Positions 48,386 to 61,376 of a DNA stretch of 64,000 nt are shown piece by piece. The position numbers and the translations under genes are program-made. The notes beneath the pieces were generated by a model. The model made no database searches, had not been told where the DNA came from, and saw only the letters and a list, made by a program, of their open reading frames with translations. Location: contig OX638164.1 of assembly GCA_951804945.1 (NCBI GenBank), positions 5,952,001 to 6,016,000 of the forward strand, read 5' to 3'. The stretch's first letter is position 1. Each line of letters opens with the position of its first letter. The DNA comes from Podarcis cretensis. Its lineage: Eukaryota.

Positions 48386-49367
48386 TGCCCACAACACTAC
48401 CCTACACTAAAGGAAACCTTGGGAAAGTGTCTACAAAGCCACTGTGTATGCCAGATTTTAGGAGATTGGAAACATGTTTACATTGGGCCATTGAGAACAA
48501 TGGGATTTTCTCTCAAGTAAATGTGCATAAAGTCTCCTTATCAACCTGCCGGCACATTATGATCAATGGAAAAGGCAGTCCTGGTGGTCCCTAGGTTAAC
48601 TGAGTTGTGTGGTTCAGGTGCCCTTGGAAGATCCTTTTCAGTGGTGGCTCCACATCTGTGGTATGACTGCACCGCTGAGATGTGTCTCGCCCCAACTTAG
48701 TATTGTTTCAGGCATCTGTTTTTTGTTGTTGTTTTTTAGAAAACATATTTCACTAGGATTTTAGTGGCTAATGAGGTAATTGTGCTACTTATGCAGTATA
48801 TAAGAATTACTTTATTGATTTATTATGCTTTCATATTATTATTATTTTTTAAGTAAACTGCCAGTATAGAATCTTTCATAAAACTGCATCCTTGAACATA
48901 CTTCGCTTTGACCTATATTCCTAAGAACTGCAGACATTTTAAGCTTTAGCTGTGTTGCATCCTCATTATGTTTTCTCCCATCCTTTGCGGGCTAGAAAAA
49001 GAGTTTTGTTTTCTAAAAAAAAAAAACCTGCTGTGGATCTATGTAAACAAGCTCTCAAAACTTCCTAGAGTTCAACAGCCTTTGTGGGAATTCCCTTCCA
49101 TATAAATGTTTGGCAGCCAACCAGTTAGGTTGGCAGTCTGGATCAAAGTTTGCCACTTCTTGGGGAGCTTAAATAGGTGATAGGCTCTTTGAAGCACTTG
49201 TCATGCATGGTCACTGAATAATCAAGCACAGCTTCTAGCAATTCACACCAGCAGTAAAGATGCTTGGAAATCTCATTTCCCCCAAGGTTGTTGTACATAG
49301 AAAGTGCACATGCTGGAGTATTTGCAACACAATTTCTGTAAAGTAAAATGGAATACCCTGAGGATTA

Positions 49368-49513
49368 CAGTGGACGCTTGGGTTGCGAACATGATCCGTG
49401 CGGGATGTGCGACCGCCAAAACCCGTAAGTAACCCGTTCAGTACTTACGGGTTTCGGCGGCCCACAACCCGAGAAAACGCTGCCTGAAGCACCTGTAACC
49501 TGAGGTATGACTG
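49368..49513. mobile_element. Short Tc1/mariner-type MITE (family C)
   Basis: TA-CAGTG...GACTG-TA with imperfect TIRs. Confidence 0.6.
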
Positions 49514-49830
49514 TACAACAAAGAGCAGAGGTTTTCACTTTTTTGAGTCCAGTGCTCCCTTGACCAACTACATTCTCTCTGCGGCACCCCATCGGGGCTC
49601 AGGAGCCCAGTTATGTCCCCCCTTGCCTGCAGAGCTGGCAGCCTCTCACCCTTTTTCGAACACCCTCCCTTGTGGAGTGTTCCCTCAGCCTCCTCTCCTC
49701 TCCCCTCTCCTTGGGAGTCCTCTGGGCAGCCGCAGCTACCACCCCTGGTCTCCCCCCCCCCCGCGCACCCCAAAGAGAGGTGCATCATCACACTGCCCCC
49801 ACAGGGGCCTGAGAAGAGGATGTCATAGAG

Positions 49831-50384
49831 CAGGGGTCAGCAGGGTTTACCGGCAATGGGCCAGATCACTCCCATGGAGATCGTGTGTGGGCTGGACTGG
49901 CGCAGTGCAACGCCGGATATCGCGTCTGCGCATGTCCGCGGCACCGGAAATTGCTTCTGCGCATGCCCAGACGCCGAAAATCGCCCCTGCACAGAAGCGA
50001 TTTTCGGTGTCTGGACATGCGCAGATGCAATTTCTAGTATCTGCATGTGTGCAGGACGCAATTTCCGCTCAGCAAGTCCCCATGCCGGTTTAGCGCAGCA
50101 TGTGGGGAACTTGCCAAGCGGGCGGCTCGGTTCACGAGCAGCTTCATGGGCTGCATCTGGCCCATGGGCTGCACGTTGCCAACCCGTCAGAGCATGGGGT
50201 TGCCAGTGTGGTGCCCACATGCCTCCGAGGGTCTTCCCTGGCATCCCCAGGATTCTTCCCCCTGCAGAAAGTAAGCTTAAAAGTTTTTCTTGTTGCCTTT
50301 GAAATAGTTTGTTCTGAATGCTTGGTTGCAGTGTGTGTGTATCATGCCTTTGGCAAGTTTCTCCAGTTTTGCTGGTGACCCCTG
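49831..50384. mobile_element. Non-autonomous hAT element with GCGCATGC-rich internal array
   Basis: CAGGGGTCA...TGACCCCTG termini; degenerate TSD TCATAGAG/ACATAGAA. Confidence 0.75.
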
Positions 50385-50871
50385 ACATAGAAGCATAGTG
50401 AAACAGTCTTGCCAATGTCTATTAAAAGCTACTGGCTCGTACACTGATATTGTTGTTTTTAAGTACCCTACAGACATGGTCGATGTAAGTCATTTGTGGC
50501 ATGACAACACAGAAAGGAAGTGGGGGAAAGAAACCTCTCTGGGTTCAGTTTATAATAAATTGAGCCATATCATGGTTAAGGAAGCCTAACTGTGGCTTTC
50601 TGCTGTCTCTGTGAAGTGACAAACCACCGTTTGCAATTGGCTGGCAAACCAGAATCTGAAACCATAGTTTGAAAGCCATGGTTTGGTCACTTTGGTGTGA
50701 TGTCTGAATTGTCAGTCTATCACTATAGAAGGGCAGATGTTTAAACCCTTGTTAGCACAAAGCATGATTTGGCTTGATGCCTGAACAAGCTTTCTTTCCC
50801 TATTGCCTGGAAGCAGTTCTTTTTTGCCATGGGCAAGTCAATACTGGACTATTTACAAGCCTGACTTCCTG

Positions 50872-51257
50872 GGACGGGATGGTAGAGCAAATGCTTTGCA
50901 TGCAGAAGGTCCCAGGTTCAATCCTTGGTTGTCTCTGTTTAAATATGGGTCCAGTAGCAGCTGATAACAGAGACCCTTCCCAACCAGAGATCTTGGAAGA
51001 ATTGCTGCCAGTCAAAGTAGACAGCACTGGGCTGGATGGACCTGAGCTAGTATAAGCCAGCTTCCTATAGCCACAGGGGAGAGACCATAGCTGAGTGGTA
51101 GAGTACCTGCTTTGCATGCAGTTTGTTCCAGGTTCAATCTCCAGAACCTCCACATAAGGCTGTCAAAAAATTCCGTCTGAAAATCTGATATGCTTCTGCT
51201 GGTCAATGTAGGCAATACAAGAGTTCAGTGAACCCATGCTCTGACTTAGCAAGCTGC
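50872..51257 (+). mobile_element. Two tandem tRNA(Ala)-like-headed SINEs (other copies at about 1839-1925, 19958-21058, 29972-30407, 30460-30628, 37110-37285, 60035-60222)
   Basis: GGTAGAGCA..TGCTTTGCATGCAGAAGGTCCCAGGTTCAATCC head plus the shared body GCTGCCAGTC...GAC...CTAGATGGACC...AGCTTCCTAT. Confidence 0.7.
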
Positions 51258-51264
51258 ACTTATA

Positions 51265-51506
51265 CAGTGGTACCTCGGGTTACATACGCTTCAGGTTACA
51301 TACACTTCAGGTTACAGACTCCGCTAACTCAGAAATAGTACCTTGGGTTAAGAACTTTGCTTCAGGACGAGAACAGAAATTGTGCAGCAGCGGCACGGTG
51401 GCAGTGGGAGGCCCCATTAGCTAAAGTGGTGCTTCAGGTCAAGAACAGTTTCAGGTTAAGAACGGACCTCCGGAACGAATTAAGTACTTAACCCGAGGTA
51501 CCACTG
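51265..51506 (+). mobile_element. MITE family B, copy 3
   Basis: Same termini and TA TSD; short internal duplication near the left end. Confidence 0.88.
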
Positions 51507-52614
51507 TACTAACAAAACGCAGTCCTTTAAAAAAAAGAAAGCCCTTAAACAATATTTTCCTGATGTAGACATTTTTTACAACAGTGCTTTTTCTAGTAGC
51601 TTCAGTCCCCAGAGAATGGGGCAGACTGCTGGACTTCAGAAAAACATGCAACGTAGTAAACAAAATTTTGCTGGCTTATCCTCTGTGTACTGAGGGGTGT
51701 GTGTGTGTGGAAGTAATGCACTTTACTTGGCAAAGCGAAGCGAAAAAAGCTGTCAAAGCCTGATGGCTCACATGAGTGTTACAAAGAACAAATACTCTAC
51801 AATCCAGAAAGCTTTTTTTATCTTGTAGGTTCCTTCCTCTCCTCCTTGTGATTAATTCTGGCAAGCAAAGCTATGCAACTCACTGCCCTTGCCATCTAAC
51901 TTTGCCCCTTGTGGCCCAGCGATACCATCACAGCTGGCAAAGTGGATGGGACCAGACAGATAACTTGCTAGGTTGAGCTTAAACCATGAGCAGATACATG
52001 TTTATGGGAGGGCAAATGGAGCAGTTGCCTAGGGCAGCAAAGCTGAGAAGGTGGCATTTGTATCGCTCTCTATTGCCATGTGCATACCACCTGCAGTGAC
52101 CACCCCAGGGTGCAAGGCGGGTCGCATGCCTAGTTCTTTGACAGGAGAGGCTTTGCCCTGCTGCTGCTGCTGCTGCTGCCGCCACTACTGCTTCCAAAAC
52201 CACACCTGAGGAAGGAGGCGGGCAGCGGATGGAGAGAAAGAGCACACGACCACATGGGATTGTGAGGCCTTTGGGACTTGCACTCCAAAGTTGAGTCAAG
52301 GTATCCCCAACACACATGCAAAGAGGAAGGAATTTGGTGCTTGTGTGCTCTCTTGAGGTTGCGCATGAACAAGTTCCTGGGAGGATACACCGGTACCACT
52401 TCTGCCCAGGGTGGTAGACACCATAAAAATACACCACTGGTCATTAGGTGTACCAAGTAGCCTGATTTTGTGTGAGGAGCAATGTTTTGTGACCCTGTTC
52501 ATCAGCGGAAAGCAGCCATGCCCTGAGCTAGAACAAACAGTGTGCCACACTCCTGGCTTGATATTTATGTCCCTCAGTACAACTCATAAAACTCTTTTCT
52601 CCCTCTTCCTGCAG

Positions 52615-52703
52615 CTTTACCAACAAGGCCGACTATGCCAGCTGGGTAGTGAATTCTGCGAACTGGAAGTTTTTGCAAAGGTGCTTCGAGCTTTAGATAA
52701 AAG
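52615..52703 (+). CDS. APPBP2: APPBP2 coding exon 2
   Basis: LYQQGRLCQLGSEFCELEVFAKVLRALDK(R). Polypyrimidine tract plus CAG acceptor, donor AG|GTAAGT, 89 nt. Confidence 0.97.
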
Positions 52704-54038
52704 GTAAGTCAGTGCTTACAAAAATGGCAGCTCCTCTCACTTTGCAAGATGAACGTTTCCCCCTATAAAACATAACTGGATGCAGCCCAATCGCCACTGA
52801 GCGTTTTTGAGCCCCACCAGTTTCAGTGCTTAACTCTCTGGTCAGAATCAGTGGGTGCTTAGTGCTTAGAATGTGACTGGATAGCACCCACCCTTCTGCA
52901 TAAAGTGCCCTGCCCAATAAATTTGTGTTTTGCAGCTGCTTTCAACCATGACTTCCTATTGGTTAGCTTGGCTACCAGCATGTAAATACAGTAGTCATGT
53001 TCTGACTTAAAAGACATAGCTTTGTAAAGATTTTAACCTAGAGGTTTATCACAAATATGCCATATAGTGTAATCCTAATAAATGTAAGCACCATTGGGTT
53101 TAGCAGAACCCATAGGTAAATGTATCTACAGTAGAAGCTTTCTTTAAAGCTTACTTTAAGACAGAGGGGGTGACATCTCCCTGGTTCTAGGCAGGCAATG
53201 GTCAGAATCTACTAATGAGCCTTTCCTCTTCTATGTGTGTTCTCTTTTGAGCTTTCCTGTCTTGAGTCCAGAACAAAATTTAAACACAAAAGAAGACACA
53301 GACACAACTCTCCCAAGTTCTCTATGTATGTCAGAGAACATAGGAGAGAGGAAGGGAATCACAGGCAACCACAAATAAACCAAACTAAAGAAGCTTTCTC
53401 TAACTGGATTTGGTATCCTCTGCTACTGTGGGCAAGGAAAGGTTTGTGGGGGTGGGGGGAAGAAAAGCAAAATTCTCCCCAAAGCATGTTTTTGTTCTTC
53501 TGCTTAACAGCCCTGTTAACAGGCTCCGGCAGCTGCTTTTGTGTCGGGGTGGTGGAAGTTTGATTGATTAAGAGCTCTCAACCTTGTGGTGCTCGCGTAA
53601 TTCATGTGGCTGATATTGGCTGTAGCAGGAATTCCGGATGATGGATTGCTTCCTGTTTTTGCAAATCTGGGCTGGAGGTGGCATTTTGGATTTTTTTGTG
53701 AAAATTGCAGGGTTTTGGGGGGGGGTCTTCTACCCCACCCCATCTCAAGGACACAGCATAAATCTGTTCTGTGCTGTAAAATGCGGCAGCTGTTTGTGTT
53801 TGAGTGTGTACGTGCTAATCGTAGATGAATGTTAAGCTTTTCTGAGTTCCTGTATTATGGCAAAGAGAGAAGGTGTTGTATCCAACTAAGTCCTACCATT
53901 GAAATGACTGTAAGTTAGTCATACCTATTAACTTTGGTGGGTCTGCTCTGAGTAGGACTAGCATTGGATACCACCCAAGGATACAAGGAGGGCAGGGCTT
54001 AACCAGATTGTAATTTGTGGTCTCTTTATTTTTTAGTA

Positions 54039-54433
54039 CAGAGTTTTTCAACCTTTTTGAGTCCATGGCTCCCTTAACCAACTACATTCTTTCTGAGGCA
54101 CCCCTGTGGGGCTCAGGAGCCCAGTTATGTCACCCCTTGCCTGCAGAGCTGGAAGCCTCTCACCCTTTTTCAAACACCCTCCTTTGTGGAGTGTTCCCTC
54201 AGCCTCCTCCCCTCTCCCCTCTCCTTAGGAGTACTCCGGGCAGCTACTGCTGCTGTCCCTGGCCTCTGAACTGCCCCGTCAAACAGCTGTGCAAGCCTTT
54301 GGGAGGCAGAGACGCGAGGGCATCAGAGAAAGGAGGGAAGGAAAGAGGGTCAGAGGCCTGTGTTGCCCACAGCACCCCTGACCATCATTCACGGCACCCC
54401 AGGGTGCTACAGCACACTGGTTGAAAACCACTG
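54039..54433 (+). mobile_element. Non-autonomous hAT element (Charlie-like ends)
   Basis: CAGAGTTTTTCAACC...GGTTGAAAACCACTG; 8-bp TSD TTTTAGTA/CTTTAGTA. A truncated sister copy lies at about 49526-49800. Confidence 0.8.
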
Positions 54434-54630
54434 CTTTAGTAAATGGCTTGATTGTTCAGTGCCTGTTGGTTAAAACAGAAACTCACATTGCAGTTCCCAA
54501 GGAACAAGCCCCTTAAACTCATTGGAGCTTATCCCCAGTAAGCACACCTTTGGACTGCAGGCACAAAGTGTTTGTTGGAAGGAGGTAAAACATTTTTAAC
54601 TTCACCCTCTTCCTTCTGTTTCCCTTTCAG

Positions 54631-54782
54631 ACATCTACTTCATCACTGTTTTCAGGCATTGATGGACCATGGAGTAAAGGTGGCATCTGTGTTGGCCTAT
54701 TCATTCAGCAGGAGGTGTTCCTACATAGCAGAATCAGATGCTACTGTAAAAGAAAAAGCTATCCAGATTGGATTTGTCTTAG
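54631..54782 (+). CDS. APPBP2: APPBP2 coding exon 3
   Basis: HLLHHCFQALMDHGVKVASVLAYSFSRRCSYIAESDATVKEKAIQIGFVL(G). TTTCAG acceptor, G|GTAACT donor, 152 nt. Confidence 0.97.
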
Positions 54783-55108
54783 GTAACTGTGGGTGAAATA
54801 GGATATTAATCTATCTTGCTTGCTTGGAACTCAGTAAGACGCACATGAAGAAGAAACTGAAATAAGATTTTCTTTCTCTCCTATTACATATTTTACTAAG
54901 GATGTCGTCATGCTGCAGTTCGCATGGCTGCTGAAAGGCAGTACTGCAAAGTACAGCATGACCATAAACTGGGCGAGGAAGAGGGAACCAGAGATGGAGG
55001 CAAACGGGGACCTGGCCTAAGCCAGCGAGTGGAGGTTCAGAGGGGTAAGGAGTAGGCAGTGTTGGCGAGTGAAGCGAGAAGGGGAGCAGCCTATAGAACA
55101 CTTGTTTC

Positions 55109-55219
55109 TCAAACTTGGGTCCCCAGCTGTTGTTGGACTACAACTCCCATCACTCCTAGCTAACATCACCAGTGATGATGGGAGTTGTAGTCCAACAACA
55201 GCTGGGGACCCAAGTTTGA
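55109..55219. repeat. Perfect 44-bp inverted repeat (palindromic MITE, ACTACAACTCCCA family)
   Basis: 55109-55152 is the exact reverse complement of 55176-55219; 23-nt loop. Confidence 0.95.
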
Positions 55220-55426
55220 AAGAGAAAAAAAAACTGCTGGGGGGAGGGGAGAGAAAGTAAATAAATTGCTCAATTCCTTTCTTCAAAAGAAAGTCAATAC
55301 TGCATGGCTTGGATCCAGAGAATTGCCCAACTGCTAACAATAGTAGATAAAGAAAGCATGGGCCCTTGTCTATGGTAATGGCACCCTGGTTGCACAACAC
55401 CTTGTCCATGTCCATTGCCTTTGTAG

Positions 55427-55550
55427 GAGGCTTCCTCTCGGACGCCGGCTGGTACAGCGATGCTGAGAAGGTCTTCCTCTCCTGCCTTCAGTTATGTACA
55501 CTTCACGACGAGATGCTCCACTGGTTTCGTGCGGTCGAGTGTTGCGTGAG
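55427..55550 (+). CDS. APPBP2: APPBP2 coding exon 4
   Basis: GFLSDAGWYSDAEKVFLSCLQLCTLHDEMLHWFRAVECCV(R). TTGTAG acceptor, AG|GTAAGC donor, 124 nt. Confidence 0.97.
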
Positions 55551-56969
55551 GTAAGCCCTGTCCCTATTTTTTAGCAAAGGGGTGAGATGCTCGTGCTGCA
55601 AGGTGCGTCTGTGCTTAACGCGAGTAAATTATGAAGTGGCCATGATGACTAGTTAATGGGCTGCTGTTCATGGAGGCCACCTGTGTAGATAGTGGAGGCC
55701 TTTCCTAGTGCCTATCCGTCCCCAGCAACAGTGACTCTCACGGGACAGAGAACAGCTAGTGCAGGGGTCAGGCAGGTTAGCACACCTTTTGCTTTCTGTC
55801 CTTCCCTCTGGTTGCCATGGTCTGTGTTTCTGCTTCATCCTGCACTTTAAAGCACATACATTTCTGCTCCATGGCTTAGATGGCTTTAAAAGGGGCCAAA
55901 CAAATTCCAGAGCAGTCAGTGACTCCTGCAGCGATGGCTATGTTCTACTTTCTACAGTTGGAGAAAGTATGCCTGTGGATATGAGTTGCTGGGAATCGCA
56001 AGGAGGGAGAGTGCTGCTGAACTCAGGTTCAGCTTCCCATGGGCACCTGCTTGGCCAATGTAAGGAAAAAGCATTGGACCAGGTGGGCCGCTTATCTGAG
56101 CCAGCAGAGCTCTCCTTACATTCTTCTGGGATTGCCCTCCGGAGACCCAAATTGGACCTCCCCAGGGTTTCCAGCCAGTCCTGCGCAATGGCTGCTGGAG
56201 TGGGATTCATCGGCAAGCAATCTTGGGAGATGACGTGCATCTGTGAGTGTGTACGGTTAGCCGATCACTCGCCCTCCCTATTCCCAGAGTTGCTCTTCCA
56301 TAAAACTAGTGGCTGACAAGGGGCAAGTGAGACTATCCGTAGCTGGAAGCCTTACAATACAAAGCTCGTGGTGATGGTTCTTTGGGGTCATTTGCAGCCC
56401 CGTGGGTGTGACTGCACCCCATGATTCCCCATTCAGAGAACCACACTTACAGGTAAGGAACCTGTTCTTCCTCCACTGTCCCAAGGACCTCTTTGTTACC
56501 TAGTCTGCACTTGTTTAAAAAATAAATAAATCCGAGGCCTGGGAAGTACGGACTGCATGTTCAGGGCCATGGTCTCAATCAATCTTGCGGTGTGCCGCTG
56601 ATGTGCAAACAAGGTGACATTTCCTCCCTGGAGAGCCAGGTCACTGCTGTCCCCCTCGTCCTCCGCCTGCTTGTTATTGACTCTTGGGAGATTGTGCTGA
56701 CTTAATGCTTAGCTGTGGTTTCCTGCAGATCCTTGTACTGCAGAACTGGCAGAGGACTTTGTCGGTTTTTTAAAAAAAAAAAGGCTGGAAGAGGAGACAG
56801 ACCCTATTCCTGTTTTATTAATATGTGCAACTCAATACATTAATAGCATTACACTACAAGACGGCTGTTTGGAATTATTCCTAGTCGTCCTTGCAAGAAC
56901 ACACTCACCTGCTGAGGGCTTCGTTGAATGCTTTATATCCACTTTTAGGCTTTCCCTAATAAATTACTA

Positions 56970-57317
56970 GGGACGCAGGTGGCGCTGTGGGTTAAACCAC
57001 AGAGCCTAGGGCTTGCCGATCAGAAGGTCAGCGGTTCGAATCCCCGTGACGGGGTGAGCTCCCGTTGCTCGGTCCCTGCTCCTGCCAACCTAGCAGTTCA
57101 AAAGCACGAAGTGCAAGTAGATAAATAGGTACCGCTCCGGCGGGAAGGTAAACAGCGTTTCCGTGCGCTGCTCTGGTTCGCCAGAAGCGACTTAGTCATG
57201 TTGGCCACATGACCCGGAAGCTGTACGCCAGCTCCCTCGGCCAATAAAGCGAGATGAGCGCCGCAACCCCAGAGTCGGCCACGACTGGACCTAATGGTCA
57301 GGGGTCCCTTTACCTTT
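56970..57317 (+). mobile_element. Sauria SINE
   Basis: GGGACGCAGGTGGCGCTG head, CCTTTACCTTT tail. Confidence 0.9.
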
Positions 57318-59012
57318 GGATTAAACAGAGTAACATTCACTTGCTGGGAATTGAGATCTATGGCGGGAATGAACTTTCAGATATCTTACCACTCCCCCTC
57401 CCCCCCAAAAAAACTTTTGCCTTTTTGCCTGCTCTGTCATGGGGAGAAGCTTCTTTGGTTGCTCTGGAGCAGACATGTCCAGGTTGTCTAAAAGCCAAGA
57501 GCCCCCCCCCCTCTCCTGGGAGGCATCTTAAAGTGGGTGAGGGGAGGCTATTTGAACAGGAGGGTGATTGTGGCGGCACTCCTTCCAGTGCTTTCAGTCA
57601 CATGCAGGCTGTGTACACACCATAGGTTTTATCTCTTTATTGTTTTATAAAAAATATTTCTATACTGGAATTTCATTTTAAAAATTCAAAGAAGTTTACA
57701 ACAATTAAAAATACATTAAGAACAATACAAAAAATGACCACCAGCTGACTTACTATGAAACATATTTTTCTTGTCTGCATAAGCCTGACAGCAAAGCAAA
57801 GTCTTCAGCAAACACTGGAAAGTCATTTAAAGCACATTCTTCCCTTCAAAGAATCCTGGAAACTGTAGTTTATTAAGGGTGCTTAGAGTTGTTCTGTGAG
57901 GGGTGAACTGCTGTTCCCAAGATTCTTTTGGTGGTGGGAGGGAATGTGCTTTAAACGTGTGATGTCTATGGAGCTGCAGTGCATTGTAAGATAACCCTTA
58001 ATCTCTGGCCAGTTTATTGGTGTCACACACTCACTGTATTAAATGGTCAGATTACCAGAGGCATGTGCCCAAAGTACAATCCTTTGGTGTATTCAGAAAA
58101 AAGGTGGGAAAGGAATGTGCTTTAAAAAAAAAAAAATATTACAAAATGTACAACTCATACGATTAATACAAAATTCATTAACCAATCATTAATCATAGCA
58201 GTTCACAGTAAATAAAACACACACAGCTGTGTAACGTCTTGTAATTCGTTGTTCTACAATGCCACAAGCAAAATCTACTTTCTCATAAATCCATCAGTAT
58301 TATCCTCCCTTTAGTCTTCAGAAAGCAAAATACCTCAGACACATCTGCAGTATGCCATATTTTTAATCTGTAATTCAGGTCAGGGGCAGTTTTTCTTTTC
58401 CAATAAGGATGAGTTTTATTTTATTTTTCAATCCTGTATTTTTAATGCATGCTTTTAAAATGCAGCTGGTATTCTGTGATATACTGGCTCAACAATGAGC
58501 TCATTACACTTTTATTGTGCACCACAATGCAAAACATTTTGGTTTGTTAAACCAGAGTTTCCTGTTGCATCTGAACTGGACAACTGTGGTTTAATCCCTG
58601 ACTAGAAACTAGAATTGGTTTCCTATCTTGGTCTGTAGCCAAAGGCCAACCCAGTCACTGGAAGCTGGTTTAACAAACCGCCGAGGTCTTGCATTGCGTC
58701 ATCCAGGAGAGGGGAATAAGAAGACATAGGTGAAATACTACTTCTTGACCCAGTAAACAATGGTTTGTCGAAGCAACACTCTTGCATCTGAACCAGGCTG
58801 CTGCCTCTGAACATATCTTCCTGCCTGTGGTTTGGCGGCATGCATTAAAGAAATTACTTAGGATGTTAAAAAATTATTTAACGGTGATGAGAAGCTTCCT
58901 TGTTTCATTTGAGGATGCAAGATCACAAAGCCAGTAATCGCCTTTTAATAGTCTGAATCACTAAGCAACTTTCCCGTTCAAGGTTTCAAGATCCTTTTGT
59001 GTCTTGCCCTAG

Positions 59013-59181
59013 GTTGCTGCACGTCCGGAATGGCAACTGTAAATACCACCTGGGAGAAGAAACGTTCAAATTAGCACAGTCTTACATGGACAAGCTAGCA
59101 AAGCACGGCCAGCAAGCCAACAAAGCTGCTCTATATGGGGAGCTGTGTGCCCTGCTCTTTGCAAAGAGCCATTACGATGAG
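59013..59181 (+). CDS. APPBP2: APPBP2 coding exon 5
   Basis: LLHVRNGNCKYHLGEETFKLAQSYMDKLAKHGQQANKAALYGELCALLFAKSHYDE. CCCTAG acceptor, GAG|GTGAGC donor, 169 nt. Confidence 0.97.
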
Positions 59182-61286
59182 GTGAGCGTCTTTCGCCGAA
59201 TCCAGCCTAAAACGTCTCTGCTTGGGAAATAGCTCAGTGGCAGAGCATGTCTTTTGTATGCAGATGCTTCAGTTGGGTGCTAAGATCCTCAGTCGAGCAC
59301 CTTCCCTCGGTCCCATCAACACCAGAAGCATGGTTGGTGGTGACATGAGAGAGCCTTTTCTGTGGCTACTCCCATATTGTGGAATTCCCTCCCAAGGGAG
59401 GCTAGACTGGCTCCTTCCTTGCTGTCTGAGGCCTTCCTATTCCGATAGGCCTTTGAAAACCAGGTGCAGACCATGTTGATCGCTGTCAGGGCAATCAGTA
59501 TTTTAATGCCAGTTCAAAATGTATTTTGCCGTATTTTAACTGTTGTTTTTAACTAGCTTGCCTTTATTAATTTGTGTCTTACAATTATGTTTTTAAAATG
59601 TTGTAAACTGTTTTGAATCCCAACTTGGGAGACAGACGGGGTATGAATATATTTAATAATAATCCCTGATGGCATCTCTGGCCAAACTAGGAGAGGCCTC
59701 CACCTGAAACCCTTCTGTGTAGACAGTGCTGAACTAGGCGGACCAGTGACTTGGTACAAGGCAGCTTCCTATGTAGTAAGAACAGGCCAGCTATTCTTTC
59801 CAGCACAAAGTGTTCTGTGGGTTCACTCGGCAGCAGCGCGTGGGCAGACAAAAGCAGGTTTCACTGAGGTTTGGTGACAGAATTCCAGCTGGTAAGGTGG
59901 TGCCAAATAAAATTAGCATTTGGCTAAAGCTAGCACTTGGCTCAGGTTCAAGTACCAGAGTTTGCAGGCACCAAAGTGTTTTCCCAGCCTTTGTTGGGAT
60001 AGTGTTTAAATCCTCAGCTGGGAACAAACAATTTAGGAACATAGGTAGCTGCCCTATATTGAGTCAGGCCATCTAGCTAAGTATTCTCTTACGCTGACTG
60101 GCAGCGGCTCTCCAGCGTTTCAGATAGGGAGTCTGCTCTGGCTCTACCTGGAAATGCCAGGGTTTGAAACAGGGACTTTCTGCATGCATAGCAGACGCTC
60201 TACCACTGGGCTACGGCCCTTCCATCACCCTAGAGATTGGTGGCTCCAAGATCTCTTGCAGGATTCTTGGCTCCATGCAGTTTGCCAGAGTGCCTTTCCC
60301 TGGGACTGCCTGTTCCTCTGCTCTTGACTTCAGCTTTATACCTCGACAGACACCCAGCCACACCATCGCAACAGCTGATAGTCTTGCTAGAACAGCAGAT
60401 TCTCGCAGTTCAGAGTTTGAAAGCCAAGTTCTTGGGAGCCTCTGTTTAGATTTTTGTGAACATCTTAGGTGCTGGATTAAGGACTTGAGAGCTCCCTTTG
60501 GCCAGGAGGCCAAAGGTCGAAAGATAAGTGGTGGGGCAGTGAGGCTCCTGCTAAGCAACTGCTCCTAAACTTTATTTGAACAGCCAGGCTTGGAAGTCAG
60601 GACAGGAGAAGGAATCTGCAAGCCCCATTGGGGGTTCTGCACCTGCTTCCCCACTCCCAGCCTTCTCTCTGATTTTCATTAAAGATTACAGTCTCATCTC
60701 CCATAGAGGTTTAGTTCACAAAGCAGAGTGGTACTTCAGTGAATAAAGTCATGTGTTTGTATGTATTGTGATATTGGAACCCAGTACCAGTTTTGATGGA
60801 CAGCCCTTGGGCTTGACGCCCTCAATTCCACCCTCTGCTTCCCTCACTGAGTGTGTCTTCTCTCTGCCATTGTTGCCGCTTCTGCTTCCTCATTGGTGCC
60901 AGACAGAGCCAGTGAGGATGAAGACAGTGGCAGCTCCTCCTCCTGCTCGCTATTTCTGTTATTGAGAGGCAGGGTGAACCAGCAGGTTTCCAGTGAAGAG
61001 GAGGAACAGGTCTAAGAGGCTCTTCTGAATGGATCCCCTGCTGAATTGAGGGTTCTTGGCAAATGGCACATCGACCATTGACAGTGACCCTACTGGAACC
61101 TGAATTTGCTTGGTTTCATCATCCCTCCCTGTTTCCTTTTTTCCTTTGTCTATCAAATTGTAAGCCTGCAAACAAGAGCTGCTTTTGCATTTGGAAAAAA
61201 ATAATAATTCTGCACAGCACATAGAAAATTTGAGGCTTTTTATAAAATCTTAAATAATCCTGACAATATCCTTGGGTGCTCCACAG

Positions 61287-61376
61287 GCTTACAAATGGTG
61301 CATAGAAGCCATGAAGGAGATCTCAGTTGGATTGCCAGTAAAAGTAGTCGTGGACGTTTTACGGCAAGCTTCTAAG
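61287..61376 (+). CDS. APPBP2: APPBP2 coding exon 6
   Basis: AYKWCIEAMKEISVGLPVKVVVDVLRQASK. CCACAG acceptor, AAG|GTAAAT donor, 90 nt. Confidence 0.96.

Noticed and set aside
55424-55429. TAGGAG tandem acceptor at APPBP2 exon 4
   Set aside because: A distal GAG is rarely used as an acceptor; there is no supporting evidence.
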